From an uncultured Bacteroides sp. (GTDB lineage Bacteria > Bacteroidota > Bacteroidia > Bacteroidales > JACABE01): a DNA stretch of 41,448 bases. The stretch covers positions 1-41,448 of the forward strand of contig CAZUCB010000004.1 of NCBI GenBank assembly GCA_964618755.1, written 5' to 3'. This document shows positions 15,297-25,644 of this stretch, piece by piece (position 1 is the stretch's first letter; the number at the start of each line of letters is the position of its first letter). Below the pieces are notes generated by a model that was not told where the DNA came from, ran no database searches, and worked only from the letters and a program-made list of their open reading frames with translations. The translations under genes were made by a program, and so were the position numbers.

Positions 15297-16982
15297 TTAA
15301 TTCATAATCAAATTTCTATCCTTATCGTATTTTATAGTGTAGGTAAAGTTAACTACTTTGTTTTCTTTGGGCTTAAGTTTCAATTTCCATGAAAGCATGC
15401 CCGTATTTTCGTTGTAATTGCCTGTAAAATTTTCTGAATCAAAACTAACTTTTATATCTTTATCATTGCTAATAGGAATTTGGTCTTCTAATGAAATGTC
15501 AATAGCAGAATTTTTATTGTTTCTTATCGTAACTTCCATGCAAATTGTTTTGCTTCGCGAATTTCCTATTATTTGTTCCTTTTCTTTATCTTTTAATTTT
15601 TTACGTTGAATAGCAATACCTTTATCTCGCCCTAATGAAAGTTCTAAAGTATCGGCAATTATATTAGGATCAATGGTGGTTTCCCCTATGTAAGCCCCTT
15701 CAAAATATATATTGGCTTTTGCTGTTAATAAATTCAAATCTTCCCAACCGCTGAGTTTGGCAATTAAGAAAGCATCTTTGTCAATTTTAGGTGCTGTAAA
15801 ATAATTGTAAACGGTAGAAATATTATCATGATTTTGAACATAAACTAAATGATATTTCCCATCAGAAGGTATGGAATATGGTAAATCAATGCTATATTCC
15901 ATAGCTGTTAAGTTTTGAGTTTGGGTAGTATAATTTGAAGCCAATTGAGCAGCAGGTACTTTATAATTGGCAACTGCATCGTCAAGAGAGTTTGCTTTTT
16001 CTTCGCGGGAAACTGATGCTGGTGCACTTCCCATTGAAATATTGGAGGAATAAACATTTACAGGCATATAATAATTCAAATACCATGCTGCTAAGTAGGG
16101 TTTGATATTACTTTTATTGGGATTATTAGTAGATAGTTTTAGTTTTACATTGCTCCAGTCTTCACCTGTATTTTGGTAAACATTTGCTTTAAAAGTTAAT
16201 TCTACAGGTGCATTGATGTCATTTACTCGGATGTCGTAAGCAGGTGTCCATCCGGCATTTGTACAACTGTATGAAATTGATAAGCTGCCAGTAACTGCTT
16301 CTTTTGCCGATACAGTCACTATTACCTGATATATTGGATCGGTAGATTTAGTTTTTTCGCTAATAATTCTTTCTTTGTAAGCTAAAAGTTCGTTGTAACG
16401 AGTTTGAAGTTGTGTTTTTTTAAGTATTACTTTGTTTTCTTCGCGTTTTATTCTTTGAAGTTCGGAATTTATCGAATTCATTTTCGCATTGTAAAATTCC
16501 ATTGCATCTTTTAATATTGGTAAAGAATCACTTTTCCCACCACCACGCATAAGTGGATTGTTGGTTAGCATATCTTTTTGTTTTATGTAAAGGTCTTTAC
16601 GGTCTTTAATTACATCATAATCATAATTTATATCGTTTAATGTATCTAGTGTTGCTTCTATTTTGCGTTGCAATGCAGCGGGAATAAGTATTTCTGGATT
16701 ATCGGTAGGCTCTGGATATTCTATATTATGACGGGAATCGAGAATAACAAAGTTCCCTTTACCTGAGGGTTGAATGCTTGACACATTTGTATAGGGTGAA
16801 ATGCCATTAAAAACTAATTCGCTCACACCAGGCTGAAGGTTAATGGTTGCACTACGTATAATTTGAGCGCCATTAGAGAATATAGTAACTTCTTTGACCG
16901 ATGATTTTAAATCTTTTGGAGATTGTGCAATTACTAAATACTTACATGCAAGTAATAGCATAATGATGCTGATTTTTTTCAT
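15297..16982 (-). CDS. secreted DUF4139-like (MuiA-family-like) protein
   Basis: Signal peptide MKKISIIMLLLACKYLVIAQS, an N-terminal VTIFSNGAQIIRS segment, a central coiled-coil-like region and a beta-rich C-terminus. The family assignment is from memory of Bacteroidota homologs. Confidence 0.55.
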   Translation of the reverse strand: MKKISIIMLLLACKYLVIAQSPKDLKSSVKEVTIFSNGAQIIRSATINLQPGVSELVFNGISPYTNVSSIQPSGKGNFVILDSRHNIEYPEPTDNPEILIPAALQRKIEATLDTLNDINYDYDVIKDRKDLYIKQKDMLTNNPLMRGGGKSDSLPILKDAMEFYNAKMNSINSELQRIKREENKVILKKTQLQTRYNELLAYKERIISEKTKSTDPIYQVIVTVSAKEAVTGSLSISYSCTNAGWTPAYDIRVNDINAPVELTFKANVYQNTGEDWSNVKLKLSTNNPNKSNIKPYLAAWYLNYYMPVNVYSSNISMGSAPASVSREEKANSLDDAVANYKVPAAQLASNYTTQTQNLTAMEYSIDLPYSIPSDGKYHLVYVQNHDNISTVYNYFTAPKIDKDAFLIAKLSGWEDLNLLTAKANIYFEGAYIGETTIDPNIIADTLELSLGRDKGIAIQRKKLKDKEKEQIIGNSRSKTICMEVTIRNNKNSAIDISLEDQIPISNDKDIKVSFDSENFTGNYNENTGMLSWKLKLKPKENKVVNFTYTIKYDKDRNLIMN

Positions 16983-17331
16983 AATTTATTGAAAGATTAA
17001 AGATTAATTGAAAATGATTATATATTCTATTTAGCAAAATACATGCCATTTTCTAAAAAGATTTGAAAATTATATAAACTAAAAAATTAATATTATGTAA
17101 AATAAAACAATAAAATAAAATTTTCATTTTTACAGCTTTGTTTAGTTGGGAAATAGATTTAAATATTTTTTAAGACAGTTTGTATTTCTATATTTATTTA
17201 TATTTGAAGTTCTTAATGATAAATTTGAAAGAATTAAGTGGTTTGTTTTATATGTAATTTCAGAATTTGTGAAGAAAAAACCATTTTATTAAAGAATCGT
17301 TAAACCATAATTAGATATCCTTTATTAATAT

Positions 17332-17339
17332 TACTTTTG
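17332..17339 (+). promoter_or_regulatory. -7 promoter box TACTTTTG
   Basis: Matches TAnnTTTG and lies 17 nt upstream of the ATG at 17357. Confidence 0.4.
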
Positions 17340-17356
17340 TAAAAAATATAATAACA

Positions 17357-18466
17357 ATGAAGAAAATAGTTTTACTAATAGTAATCGTTTTTATAGGATT
17401 TACTATAACAGCTCAAAACAATGCTGAGAAATCATTTACTATTGCCGCAAACATTAAAGGTTTGAAAGATACAAAGGTGAAAATAATGATGAGTAATCAA
17501 GGTGGTGAGCCAAAGATAATAGATTCTGTAATAAGTAAAGCAGGTGTGTTTAAGTTAAAAGGTAAGCTTTCTATTCCTGATGTATGCCGCATTACTATGG
17601 GGAGTGATGACAAACAACTTACTTTTTTTCTTGAAAATTCAGAAATTCAGATTACAGGATTTATAGACTCTTTGGAAAGAGTAACATACTCTGGTAGTAC
17701 TACCCAGAATATTTTTGCAAAAGTCATGGGAGAAGTTAATGTTTTTTCTTATTTGCAAAAAGAATGTGAAACCAAATATAAGGAAGCTCAATCAAAAAAT
17801 GATTTTAAAACCATGCAGCTTTATGATTCAGTTTCTACAACTGTTTTTAATAATCAAATAAAATTTCTGTGCAATTTTGCTTTAGAAAATAACAAAACTG
17901 TAGTATCTCCTTATATTGTTTTAACGCAACTGATTTATTATATTGATTTGCCGATGTTAGATTCAATTACCAGAAATTTTGACAAAAGTATTTATCCGTC
18001 TTTGTATGTAAAACAATTACAAGAAAGGGTAATCGTGCTGAAAAGAACTGATATTGGTATGCCGGCACCAGAAATAGCAATGGCTGATTCATCAGGCAAT
18101 ATCTTTAGACTTTCTTCACTGAAAGGGAAATACATTTTAATTGACTTTTGGGCATCATGGTGCAGTCCTTGTCGTAAAGAAAACCCTAATGTAGTGGCTG
18201 CTTACCAGTTGTTTAAAGACAAAGGATTTGATATTTTAGGTGTTTCATTTGATCAAAAGCGTTCAAACTGGCTCAAAGCAATTAAAGATGATAATTTAGT
18301 TTGGCATCATGTTTCAGATTTACAAGGATGGGGAAATGAAGCAGGAAAGATTTATGGTATAAACTCAATACCCCATTCGGTACTAATTGATAAAAATGGA
18401 ATTATTGTTGCCAAAAATTTAAGAGGTGAAGAGCTAGTGAAAAAACTAAGCGAATTAATGCCTTAA
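17357..18466 (+). CDS. TlpA-family thiol:disulfide oxidoreductase (AhpC/TSA fold) with N-terminal extension
   Basis: Signal peptide followed by the active site FWASWCSPCRKENP, and a C-terminal IPHSVLIDKNG segment. Confidence 0.85.
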   Translation: MKKIVLLIVIVFIGFTITAQNNAEKSFTIAANIKGLKDTKVKIMMSNQGGEPKIIDSVISKAGVFKLKGKLSIPDVCRITMGSDDKQLTFFLENSEIQITGFIDSLERVTYSGSTTQNIFAKVMGEVNVFSYLQKECETKYKEAQSKNDFKTMQLYDSVSTTVFNNQIKFLCNFALENNKTVVSPYIVLTQLIYYIDLPMLDSITRNFDKSIYPSLYVKQLQERVIVLKRTDIGMPAPEIAMADSSGNIFRLSSLKGKYILIDFWASWCSPCRKENPNVVAAYQLFKDKGFDILGVSFDQKRSNWLKAIKDDNLVWHHVSDLQGWGNEAGKIYGINSIPHSVLIDKNGIIVAKNLRGEELVKKLSELMP

Positions 18467-18514
18467 ATTATTTAAAGTATAGGATTGAATTCAAGTAAGC
18501 CCTTAGGATATTAA

Positions 18515-19783
18515 TTATTTTTGCATTTCAACCCAAAGTTTCTTGCCCATTTCCCGGCAAAAACTAAGTACTTCACTTTCGTCAACGGTAGTAACGATAT
18601 TATCTTTTACAATGAGTTTGCCGTTTGAAATTACATGTTGTACATGTTTTGAATTCATTCCATAAACAAAATGTCCTGCAAAATTACTACTGTTAATTTC
18701 GGTGGGGGTGTCGTAATCCAATACAACAAGGTTATTAGCAGCATCGCCAGTAAAATTATTGGTATTAATATATTGATGTACATTTCTAAAGCGTTGATAA
18801 GCATCAATAGGACCCATCATTTCATGATCTTTGCCGGCTAAAAAAACAGAACGGGCACTTTGCAACATATCACTGTGCATACCATCAGTTCCTAACATTA
18901 TACGATTTCCTAAGCCATTGCCATCAAAATAACCAACTCTGTTATTCAAATTGCTTTCCATGTTCTGAACCACCCAAGAGCGGGAGTTGGAAATAGTTTT
19001 CTTTTCTGTATCATTTAAAAACAGACAATGTCCGAGTATGGTTTTGTCGAAATTAAGTACTGCATGTTTTTGCATACGCTCAATTACACGCATTCCATAG
19101 TTGTCAATACAATGCTCTTGGTCGTAATTATCTTCTGCTATGTGAATATGCAAACCTGAATTGTATTGCTTTGAAAGACTTACAGCTTTTTGTAAGGTGT
19201 CATCACCAATAGTAAAAGAGGCGTGTAAGCCTACTAAGCCTTGTTGTGTTTGCAGATAACGTTCAGTTTCTTCCAAAGCTTTAGCGGTTTTATCTAATCC
19301 ATCTCTATCGGTAATTTCGTAACATAACAGATGCGAAACTCCAATTTTATCAAAAGCATCGGCAATAATTTGTAACGAATTATCTATAGCCATGGGCGAA
19401 GCATGGTGGTCGATGACGAAACTAACACCATTTTTGGCACAAGCAAGAGCAGTAGCCAAAGCACTGGCTTGTATCATGTCTTTATCTAAGCATTTATCCA
19501 GTGTCCACCAGATGTATTGCAATACTTCGTAAAAGTTAACTGGAATTTTCTTTGGTGCACCCATTCCTCTCGCCAAAGCCGAATAAACATGATGGTGCCC
19601 GTTAGCAAAAGCATGCGTAACTAATTTCCCTTTGCAATCAATGGTATCTGTTACCACTAAATCGGCTGGTTTTTGATTGTAAAAATGGAAATTTCCGTTT
19701 AAACTTTCTTCAACAAGGATATCAGTTGTTGTAAATTCAAGTGTTTCGCTATTGATGTATGTACAATTTTTAAGATAAATCAT
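18515..19783 (-). CDS. amidohydrolase-superfamily protein (SsnA/chlorohydrolase-like)
   Basis: Metal-binding HAFANGHHHVYSALARG near the N-terminus, later HIHIAED and a GTDG..SD segment typical of the cytosine-deaminase-like subgroup. Confidence 0.7.
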   Translation of the reverse strand: MIYLKNCTYINSETLEFTTTDILVEESLNGNFHFYNQKPADLVVTDTIDCKGKLVTHAFANGHHHVYSALARGMGAPKKIPVNFYEVLQYIWWTLDKCLDKDMIQASALATALACAKNGVSFVIDHHASPMAIDNSLQIIADAFDKIGVSHLLCYEITDRDGLDKTAKALEETERYLQTQQGLVGLHASFTIGDDTLQKAVSLSKQYNSGLHIHIAEDNYDQEHCIDNYGMRVIERMQKHAVLNFDKTILGHCLFLNDTEKKTISNSRSWVVQNMESNLNNRVGYFDGNGLGNRIMLGTDGMHSDMLQSARSVFLAGKDHEMMGPIDAYQRFRNVHQYINTNNFTGDAANNLVVLDYDTPTEINSSNFAGHFVYGMNSKHVQHVISNGKLIVKDNIVTTVDESEVLSFCREMGKKLWVEMQK

Positions 19784-19979
19784 GGCTGTTGTTTTTGCAA
19801 ATGTATGATTTGTAAGCTATTTTAGAGCATAAGCTTTAATAAACCCAAAGCAAGTATGAAGTAACAAAAATACTAAAAATATGTAAATACACGATTCTTA
19901 AAAATCAATTTTAAATAGAAGAATTTAGTATTTACTTTGTTTTCCTTATTCTAATATAAATAAGTAAAGCTATTATTTG

Positions 19980-19987
19980 TAAATTTG
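19980..19987 (+). promoter_or_regulatory. -7-like box TAAATTTG
   Basis: Matches TAnnTTTG but lies 150 nt upstream of the ATG at 20138, so the assignment is weak. Confidence 0.3.
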
Positions 19988-20137
19988 CATCTTCTAACAA
20001 TGTGAAAATTATATGAATCATCAATAATATAGTTTGACGCTGAGATTAATGGAAATAAGAATATTGTTTTTTTAAATTAATTATAATTACTTTAAGAAAT
20101 TCAATGGTATTGATTTGTATTAAGTTATTAAAAGAAA

Positions 20138-22141
20138 ATGATTGGATTTGATTTAATGATAAACCTATCTTTGGGAATTACTCTTTCTGCTATTATTGCC
20201 ATGTTTTATACACCATTAAAGCTGAAATCAAATCTTGCGGCATTGATTATTTTTATAAATGCTTTGCTTTTTAGTTGTGTAAGTTTCCCTGCTATTTATG
20301 GTAATGTTGTAGAATATTCGCTGAATGCTGGAAATTTTATGGGAAATATTCCCCTTCGAATTGATGCATTATCTGCTTGGTTTATACTTATTATTAGTTT
20401 TACTTCACTTACAGGTGTAATTTATGGAGGTGGTTACCTAAAAACCTATCAATCATCTAAATCAGAACTTAATCTGCATTGGATATTGTTTGTTTTGTTT
20501 CAGCTTTCGATGATTTGGGTTTGTATATTACAACACGGACTGGCATTTCTGATTGCATGGGAAATCATGTCGTTGTCTTCGATGATGTTGGTAATTTTTG
20601 AACATAATAATCCTAAAACTATTAAAGCGGGCATTAACTATATGGTTCAGATGCATATCAGTGTGGTTTTGCTTACTGTTGGTTTTATCTGGGTTTATTT
20701 CAAAACTGGTTTATTTGATTTCGATGCTTTCAATACATTTTTCAATGGCAATGACAATATCTGGCTTTTTCTGATTTTCTTTCTGGGTTTTGGTTTCAAA
20801 GCTGGATTTATTCCTTTGCACACCTGGTTGCCTCATGCTCATCCGGCAGCACCATCTCATGTGTCGGGTGTAATGTCGGGTGTAATTGTAAAAATGGGAA
20901 TTTATGGTATTTTCAGAATTATCACTTTTCTAAAAACAGATTTTTTATTAATTGGCGAAATTATTGTCACAGTTTCTGTCTTCACCGGATTGTATGGAAT
21001 ACTGAATGCTGCTGTACATCGAGATTTTAAAAGGATGCTTGCTTATTGTACTATCGAAAATATTGGCATTATAGGTATCGGAATCGGAATGGGTATGATG
21101 GGATTGGGGAATAATAATCCGATGCTTTATTATCTGGGCTTTGGAGGTGCATTACTCCATGTGCTTAATCATTCTTTATTCAAATCTTTACTTTTCTATT
21201 CAGCAGGTTCGGTTTATCAACAAACATATACTCGAAACATGGAACACTTGGGTGGTTTGATAAAATATATGCCCAAAACTGCAATGATTTTCTTGGTAGG
21301 AGCAATAGCCATTGGTGGAATCCCTCCATTTAATGGCTTTGTTTCGGAATTTATAATTTATAGTGGATTGCTCGAAGGAATGAAGTCATGCAACTTAAAT
21401 CAGCTTAGTTTACTGATACTTACTTTTGCTGGACTAAGTTTAATTGGTGGTATTTCCATTCTTGCTTTTACCAAAGCTTTTGGAACTATTTTTCTGGGTA
21501 CCGAACGTGATAAATTAGAGCATAAGCCTGTTGAAGTTTCTTTAAGAATGCTTATCCCTCAATATATTATTATTGTTGTAATGCTTAGCATTGCTTTCTT
21601 TCCACAAATATTTCTTAATGCAATAGGGAATATTTTAGAAGGAATGAATATTTCTCGTTCGAAATTTGAAATTGCCAATTTTGCCAAATATACCTCTGTT
21701 ATCTCCAATATAAGCTTTTTTTCTGCTTTTTTTGTCGTCTTATTGGTAATTATTTGGGGTATACGTTATTGTTTAACAAAAGCTTATCCCCAAAAAATAG
21801 ATATAACTTGGGGTTGTGGTTATGTAGGTTTTGTTCAAAAAGCACAATATTCAGGAAAGTCATTTTCAAAACCATTTAGCAAAATAATGAGTTTTATAAT
21901 CATTGAAAAAAAGAAGTATATTGAAATTAAATCGGGTGAAATATTCCCAAATGAAAGAAAATATTCATCGAATTATCATGATTTCTTTGAATTTTTCTTT
22001 ATTAAAACATTAAGTAAAAAGCTAATTTATTTAACGAATTATTTTAAATTTATTCAAAACGGCAGAATACAATCCTATGTAATTTATGGAGTTGTTTTTA
22101 TTATTGCAATGTTTATTGTTTTTATGTTCGTAAATGCTTAA
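20138..22141 (+). CDS. HyfB/NuoL-type proton-conducting antiporter-like membrane subunit (orphan)
   Basis: 667 aa and about 16 TM segments. Conserved antiporter-subunit segments are WEIMSLSS, GFKAGFIPLHTWLPHAHPAAPSHVSGVMSG and HSLFKSLLF. The C-terminal TWGCGY...AQYSGKSFSKPF resembles the HyfB/HycC tail. Confidence 0.8.
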   Translation: MIGFDLMINLSLGITLSAIIAMFYTPLKLKSNLAALIIFINALLFSCVSFPAIYGNVVEYSLNAGNFMGNIPLRIDALSAWFILIISFTSLTGVIYGGGYLKTYQSSKSELNLHWILFVLFQLSMIWVCILQHGLAFLIAWEIMSLSSMMLVIFEHNNPKTIKAGINYMVQMHISVVLLTVGFIWVYFKTGLFDFDAFNTFFNGNDNIWLFLIFFLGFGFKAGFIPLHTWLPHAHPAAPSHVSGVMSGVIVKMGIYGIFRIITFLKTDFLLIGEIIVTVSVFTGLYGILNAAVHRDFKRMLAYCTIENIGIIGIGIGMGMMGLGNNNPMLYYLGFGGALLHVLNHSLFKSLLFYSAGSVYQQTYTRNMEHLGGLIKYMPKTAMIFLVGAIAIGGIPPFNGFVSEFIIYSGLLEGMKSCNLNQLSLLILTFAGLSLIGGISILAFTKAFGTIFLGTERDKLEHKPVEVSLRMLIPQYIIIVVMLSIAFFPQIFLNAIGNILEGMNISRSKFEIANFAKYTSVISNISFFSAFFVVLLVIIWGIRYCLTKAYPQKIDITWGCGYVGFVQKAQYSGKSFSKPFSKIMSFIIIEKKKYIEIKSGEIFPNERKYSSNYHDFFEFFFIKTLSKKLIYLTNYFKFIQNGRIQSYVIYGVVFIIAMFIVFMFVNA

Positions 22142-22261
22142 TAAATAGAAGATTGAATTGAGTGTTTTTATTATTTATAGCAGCGTTTTTTTCTTTGCCT
22201 ATTATTTTGGCCTTGGGATAGTTTTTTAGCATCATTTCAGTAATATAATCAATAAAATTAG

Positions 22262-22948
22262 ATGAAAACCATAGTAATATTAACAGGTGCAGGAATTAGT
22301 GCCGAAAGTGGAATTAAAACATTTAGAGATAGCGATGGACTTTGGGAAGAATATCGTATAGAAGATGTTGCTACTTTTGAAGCATGGCAACGCAATCAGG
22401 CTTTAGTTATTGACTTTTACAATCGAAGGCGTAAACAATTAATGGAAGTAGAACCTAATGCAGCTCATTTTGCATTGGTCCATTTAGAAGAAAAGTACAA
22501 TGTTCAGATTATTACACAAAATGTAGATGATTTGCACGAACGTGCAGGTTCTAATAATGTTATGCATCTACATGGCGAGCTAAAAAAAATTAGAAGTACT
22601 GTTGACGACAATTTAATTTACAACTTACAAGGCTGGGAATTAAAAAAGGGTGATCTTTGTGAAAAAGGTTCGCAATTGCGTCCACACATTGTATGGTTTG
22701 GCGAAGAAGTTCCTCAAATAATTCCTGCCGCCGAATTATCAGCAAAAGCAGATATATTAATAGTTGTTGGTACTTCGCTTAATGTTTATCCTGCAGCCGG
22801 ATTACTCAACTATGTTGCTGCACAACACCCCAAATATTTGATAGACACAAACGCTAAAGATAATTATTATATCAGTAATCTTACTATCATTAAAGAAAAA
22901 GCTGGAATTGCTTTGCCAAAATTAGTTGAAGAATTACTCAAAGATTAG
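22262..22948 (+). CDS. cobB: NAD-dependent protein deacylase (short Sir2/CobB type)
   Basis: GAGISAESGIKTFRDSDGLWE, QNVDDLHERAG, HG..., RPHIVWFGE and VVGTSLNVYPAA. Confidence 0.9.
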   Translation: MKTIVILTGAGISAESGIKTFRDSDGLWEEYRIEDVATFEAWQRNQALVIDFYNRRRKQLMEVEPNAAHFALVHLEEKYNVQIITQNVDDLHERAGSNNVMHLHGELKKIRSTVDDNLIYNLQGWELKKGDLCEKGSQLRPHIVWFGEEVPQIIPAAELSAKADILIVVGTSLNVYPAAGLLNYVAAQHPKYLIDTNAKDNYYISNLTIIKEKAGIALPKLVEELLKD

Positions 22949-22982
22949 AAATAAATAGAAAATTTATTTAATTTTGCAAACT

Positions 22983-23978
22983 ATGGAAATAGTAGTAAGC
23001 GGAATCAGACCAACTGGTGATTTACATTTAGGAAATTATTTCGGAGCTCTCCGAAATTTTTTAAAAATGCAACATCAAAATAATTGTTATTTTTTTATTG
23101 CGGATTATCATTCATTAACCACACATCCTACTCCTGGAGATTTACATGGGAATGTAAAACGTGTGTTGATTAATTATTTGGCTGCAGGACTGGACCCTGA
23201 AGCAGCAACAGTTTATATTCAAAGCGATGTTCCACAAGTTGCCGAATTATATTTGTTATTAAATATGAATGCATATGTTGGTGAATTGGAGAGAGTAGTA
23301 TCGTTTAAAGAAAAAATACGAAGACAACCCAATAATGTAAACGCAGGATTACTCACTTATCCTACATTAATGGCAGCTGATATTATCATTCATCGTGCAC
23401 ATAAAGTGCCTGTTGGAAAAGATCAGGAACAACATTTGGAAATGACTCGTAATTTTGTGAATCGCTTTAACAGAATGTACAATGTAGATTATTTCCCAGA
23501 ACCTACAGCCTATAATTTTGGCGAAGAATTAATTAAAATTCCTGGTTTAGATGGAAGTACTAAGATGTCAAAATCTGATAACGAAAACTCATGTATTTTT
23601 TTGGGTGATGCTCCTGAACTTATCCGCAAAAAAGTGATGAAAGCTGTTACAGACCAAGGTCCTACAGAACCAAATCAACCAAAGGCACAAGCTATTGAAA
23701 ATATCTTCAATATTATGAAAGTTGTTTCTACTGAAGAAACTTACACTCATTTTAGTGATTTATACAATACTTGTCAGATACGTTATGGTGATATGAAAAA
23801 ACAATTAGCTGAAGATGTTGCTAATTTCACTGCACCATTTCGTGAAAAAATATTAGAATTAAGCTCAGATAATGATTTTTTGAGAAAAATAGCCGAAAAA
23901 GGAGCAGAAAAAGCTCGCGAAAGTGCTTCAAAAACAATTAAAGAAGTTCGAGAAATTATTGGGTTTAAATCATTTTAA
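22983..23978 (+). CDS. trpS: tryptophan--tRNA ligase
   Basis: SGIRPTGDLHLGNY (HIGH-type) and KMSKS (STKMSKSD). The track start at 22974 is a TTG, so I prefer the ATG at 22983. Confidence 0.92.
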   Translation: MEIVVSGIRPTGDLHLGNYFGALRNFLKMQHQNNCYFFIADYHSLTTHPTPGDLHGNVKRVLINYLAAGLDPEAATVYIQSDVPQVAELYLLLNMNAYVGELERVVSFKEKIRRQPNNVNAGLLTYPTLMAADIIIHRAHKVPVGKDQEQHLEMTRNFVNRFNRMYNVDYFPEPTAYNFGEELIKIPGLDGSTKMSKSDNENSCIFLGDAPELIRKKVMKAVTDQGPTEPNQPKAQAIENIFNIMKVVSTEETYTHFSDLYNTCQIRYGDMKKQLAEDVANFTAPFREKILELSSDNDFLRKIAEKGAEKARESASKTIKEVREIIGFKSF

Positions 23979-23992
23979 CAAATTTACACACT

Positions 23993-24379
23993 ATGAGTCC
24001 AAGTACAAAGCCTACACAACATTCAAATAAATCATCTTACTTCAACGAAATTTTTTTAAAAGTTGGCGTTGTTTTCTTTATATTTGGAATTACATTTAAT
24101 TTGTTTTCTTCATCTAATGAAATCAATGATTTTGAAACTTTTATTAAAATACTTTCAATAATTTTATTTTTTGTATTAAGCTTGTTTACAATAGCAATGC
24201 CAAAAAAGTTTTTTAAAAGCTTTGTTTTTTTTCTTGTTTTTATTGCCAGTTTTTTCAAAATTATTGTTCATCTTTCTGAAAGAAACATTAACATTGAAAT
24301 AGTTTCTGTTTATTTTTTAATAATTACAATGTCGTTATTTCTACTTCCAAAATCCTCGTCACATTCACACAGATCATAA
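23993..24379 (+). CDS. hypothetical small membrane protein
   Basis: 128 aa with four hydrophobic segments, and low complexity. Coding status rests only on ORF length and its position between trpS and hflX. Confidence 0.4.
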   Translation: MSPSTKPTQHSNKSSYFNEIFLKVGVVFFIFGITFNLFSSSNEINDFETFIKILSIILFFVLSLFTIAMPKKFFKSFVFFLVFIASFFKIIVHLSERNINIEIVSVYFLIITMSLFLLPKSSSHSHRS

Positions 24380-24394
24380 AATTATCCTTACAAA

Positions 24395-25579
24395 TTGATA
24401 GAAACTACTTCAAAACAAGAAACAGCAGTATTAATTGGTTTGATTTATCAAAATCAAGATATTGAACAAGTAAACGAATATCTTGATGAACTCGCATTTT
24501 TGGTAGATACAGCAGGGGGGATTGCTATAAAACGTTTTATACAGCGATTGGAAAGACCCGATTCTAGAACCTTTGTTGGTTCAGGAAAATTGGCTGAAAT
24601 TAAAGAATATATCGAAGCCGAAAGTGTTAATATTGCAGTTTTTGATGATGAATTAACACCTTCGCAAATCAGAAATATTGAGAAAGAGCTGGAATGCAAA
24701 ATTTTAGATAGAACCAATCTTATTTTAGATATTTTTGCCAGAAGAGCACGAACATCGCATGCTAAAACACAGGTTGAATTAGCTCAATATCAATATTTAT
24801 TACCTCGCTTAACTCGAATGTGGACGCATTTAACCCGTCAACGTGGTGGTATGGGAATGCGTGGACCCGGCGAAAAAGAAATTGAAACTGACCGTCGTAT
24901 AATTCGTGACAAAATTACATTGTTAAAAGAAAAGCTGAAAGATATCGACAAGCAAATGACTACGCAGCGAAAAAACCGCGAAGATATGGTAAGGGTTGCT
25001 TTGGTAGGCTACACCAATGTTGGTAAATCTACCATTATGAATTTGTTGTGCAAATCGGAAGTTTTTGCCGAAAACAAACTTTTCGCTACACTCGATACTA
25101 CCGTTAGAAAAATGGTTATAGGGAATCTGCCTTTTTTATTAACCGATACCGTTGGTTTTATTCGTAAATTACCCCACGATTTGGTAGAATCTTTTAAATC
25201 TACATTAGACGAAGTACGAGAAGCTGATATTTTAATACATGTTGTAGATATTTCGCATTCAGGATTTGAAGAGCAAATTGATGTTGTAAAACAAACATTA
25301 AGCGATTTAAAGGCAAATGACAAGCCGTACATTACTCTATTCAATAAAATTGATGCCTATCGTTTTGTAGAACAAGAAGAGGACGATTTATTGCCAGCTA
25401 CCAAAGAAAATTTAAGCCTCGATGAACTAAAGAACACTTGGATGGCTAAATCTAACAGCCCAGCCCTGTTTATTTCTGCCAAAGAAAAAGAAAATATTGA
25501 CCAATTGAAAGATTTTTTGTACGAAGAAGTAAAACGCATCCATATTGTTCGATATCCTTATAATAACTTTTTATTTTAA
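24395..25579 (+). CDS. hflX: ribosome-associated GTPase HflX
   Basis: HflX N-domain segments (LDELAFLVDTAGG, RTNLILDIFARRA), a coiled linker and the GTPase motifs GYTNVGKST, DTVGF and NKID. It has a TTG start. Confidence 0.9.
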   Translation: MIETTSKQETAVLIGLIYQNQDIEQVNEYLDELAFLVDTAGGIAIKRFIQRLERPDSRTFVGSGKLAEIKEYIEAESVNIAVFDDELTPSQIRNIEKELECKILDRTNLILDIFARRARTSHAKTQVELAQYQYLLPRLTRMWTHLTRQRGGMGMRGPGEKEIETDRRIIRDKITLLKEKLKDIDKQMTTQRKNREDMVRVALVGYTNVGKSTIMNLLCKSEVFAENKLFATLDTTVRKMVIGNLPFLLTDTVGFIRKLPHDLVESFKSTLDEVREADILIHVVDISHSGFEEQIDVVKQTLSDLKANDKPYITLFNKIDAYRFVEQEEDDLLPATKENLSLDELKNTWMAKSNSPALFISAKEKENIDQLKDFLYEEVKRIHIVRYPYNNFLF

Positions 25580-25644
25580 TCACAATAAGAAAAAATGTTT
25601 GAAAGAACATCTTTAAAAATATTTTCATAAACATCATTAATCAA

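Noticed and set aside
18515-22141. Could the amidohydrolase and the HyfB-like gene form one functional unit?
   Set aside because: They are divergently transcribed across a 354-bp AT-rich spacer. No shared motif was found that links them apart from promoter-like boxes.
22262-22948. Could the Sir2-domain gene be a defence effector (Thoeris ThsA- or DSR-like)?
   Set aside because: It is a 228-aa minimal CobB-type sirtuin with the full deacylase motifs. It has no fused SLOG, TIR or extra domains and no partner gene, and it sits among housekeeping genes (trpS, hflX).
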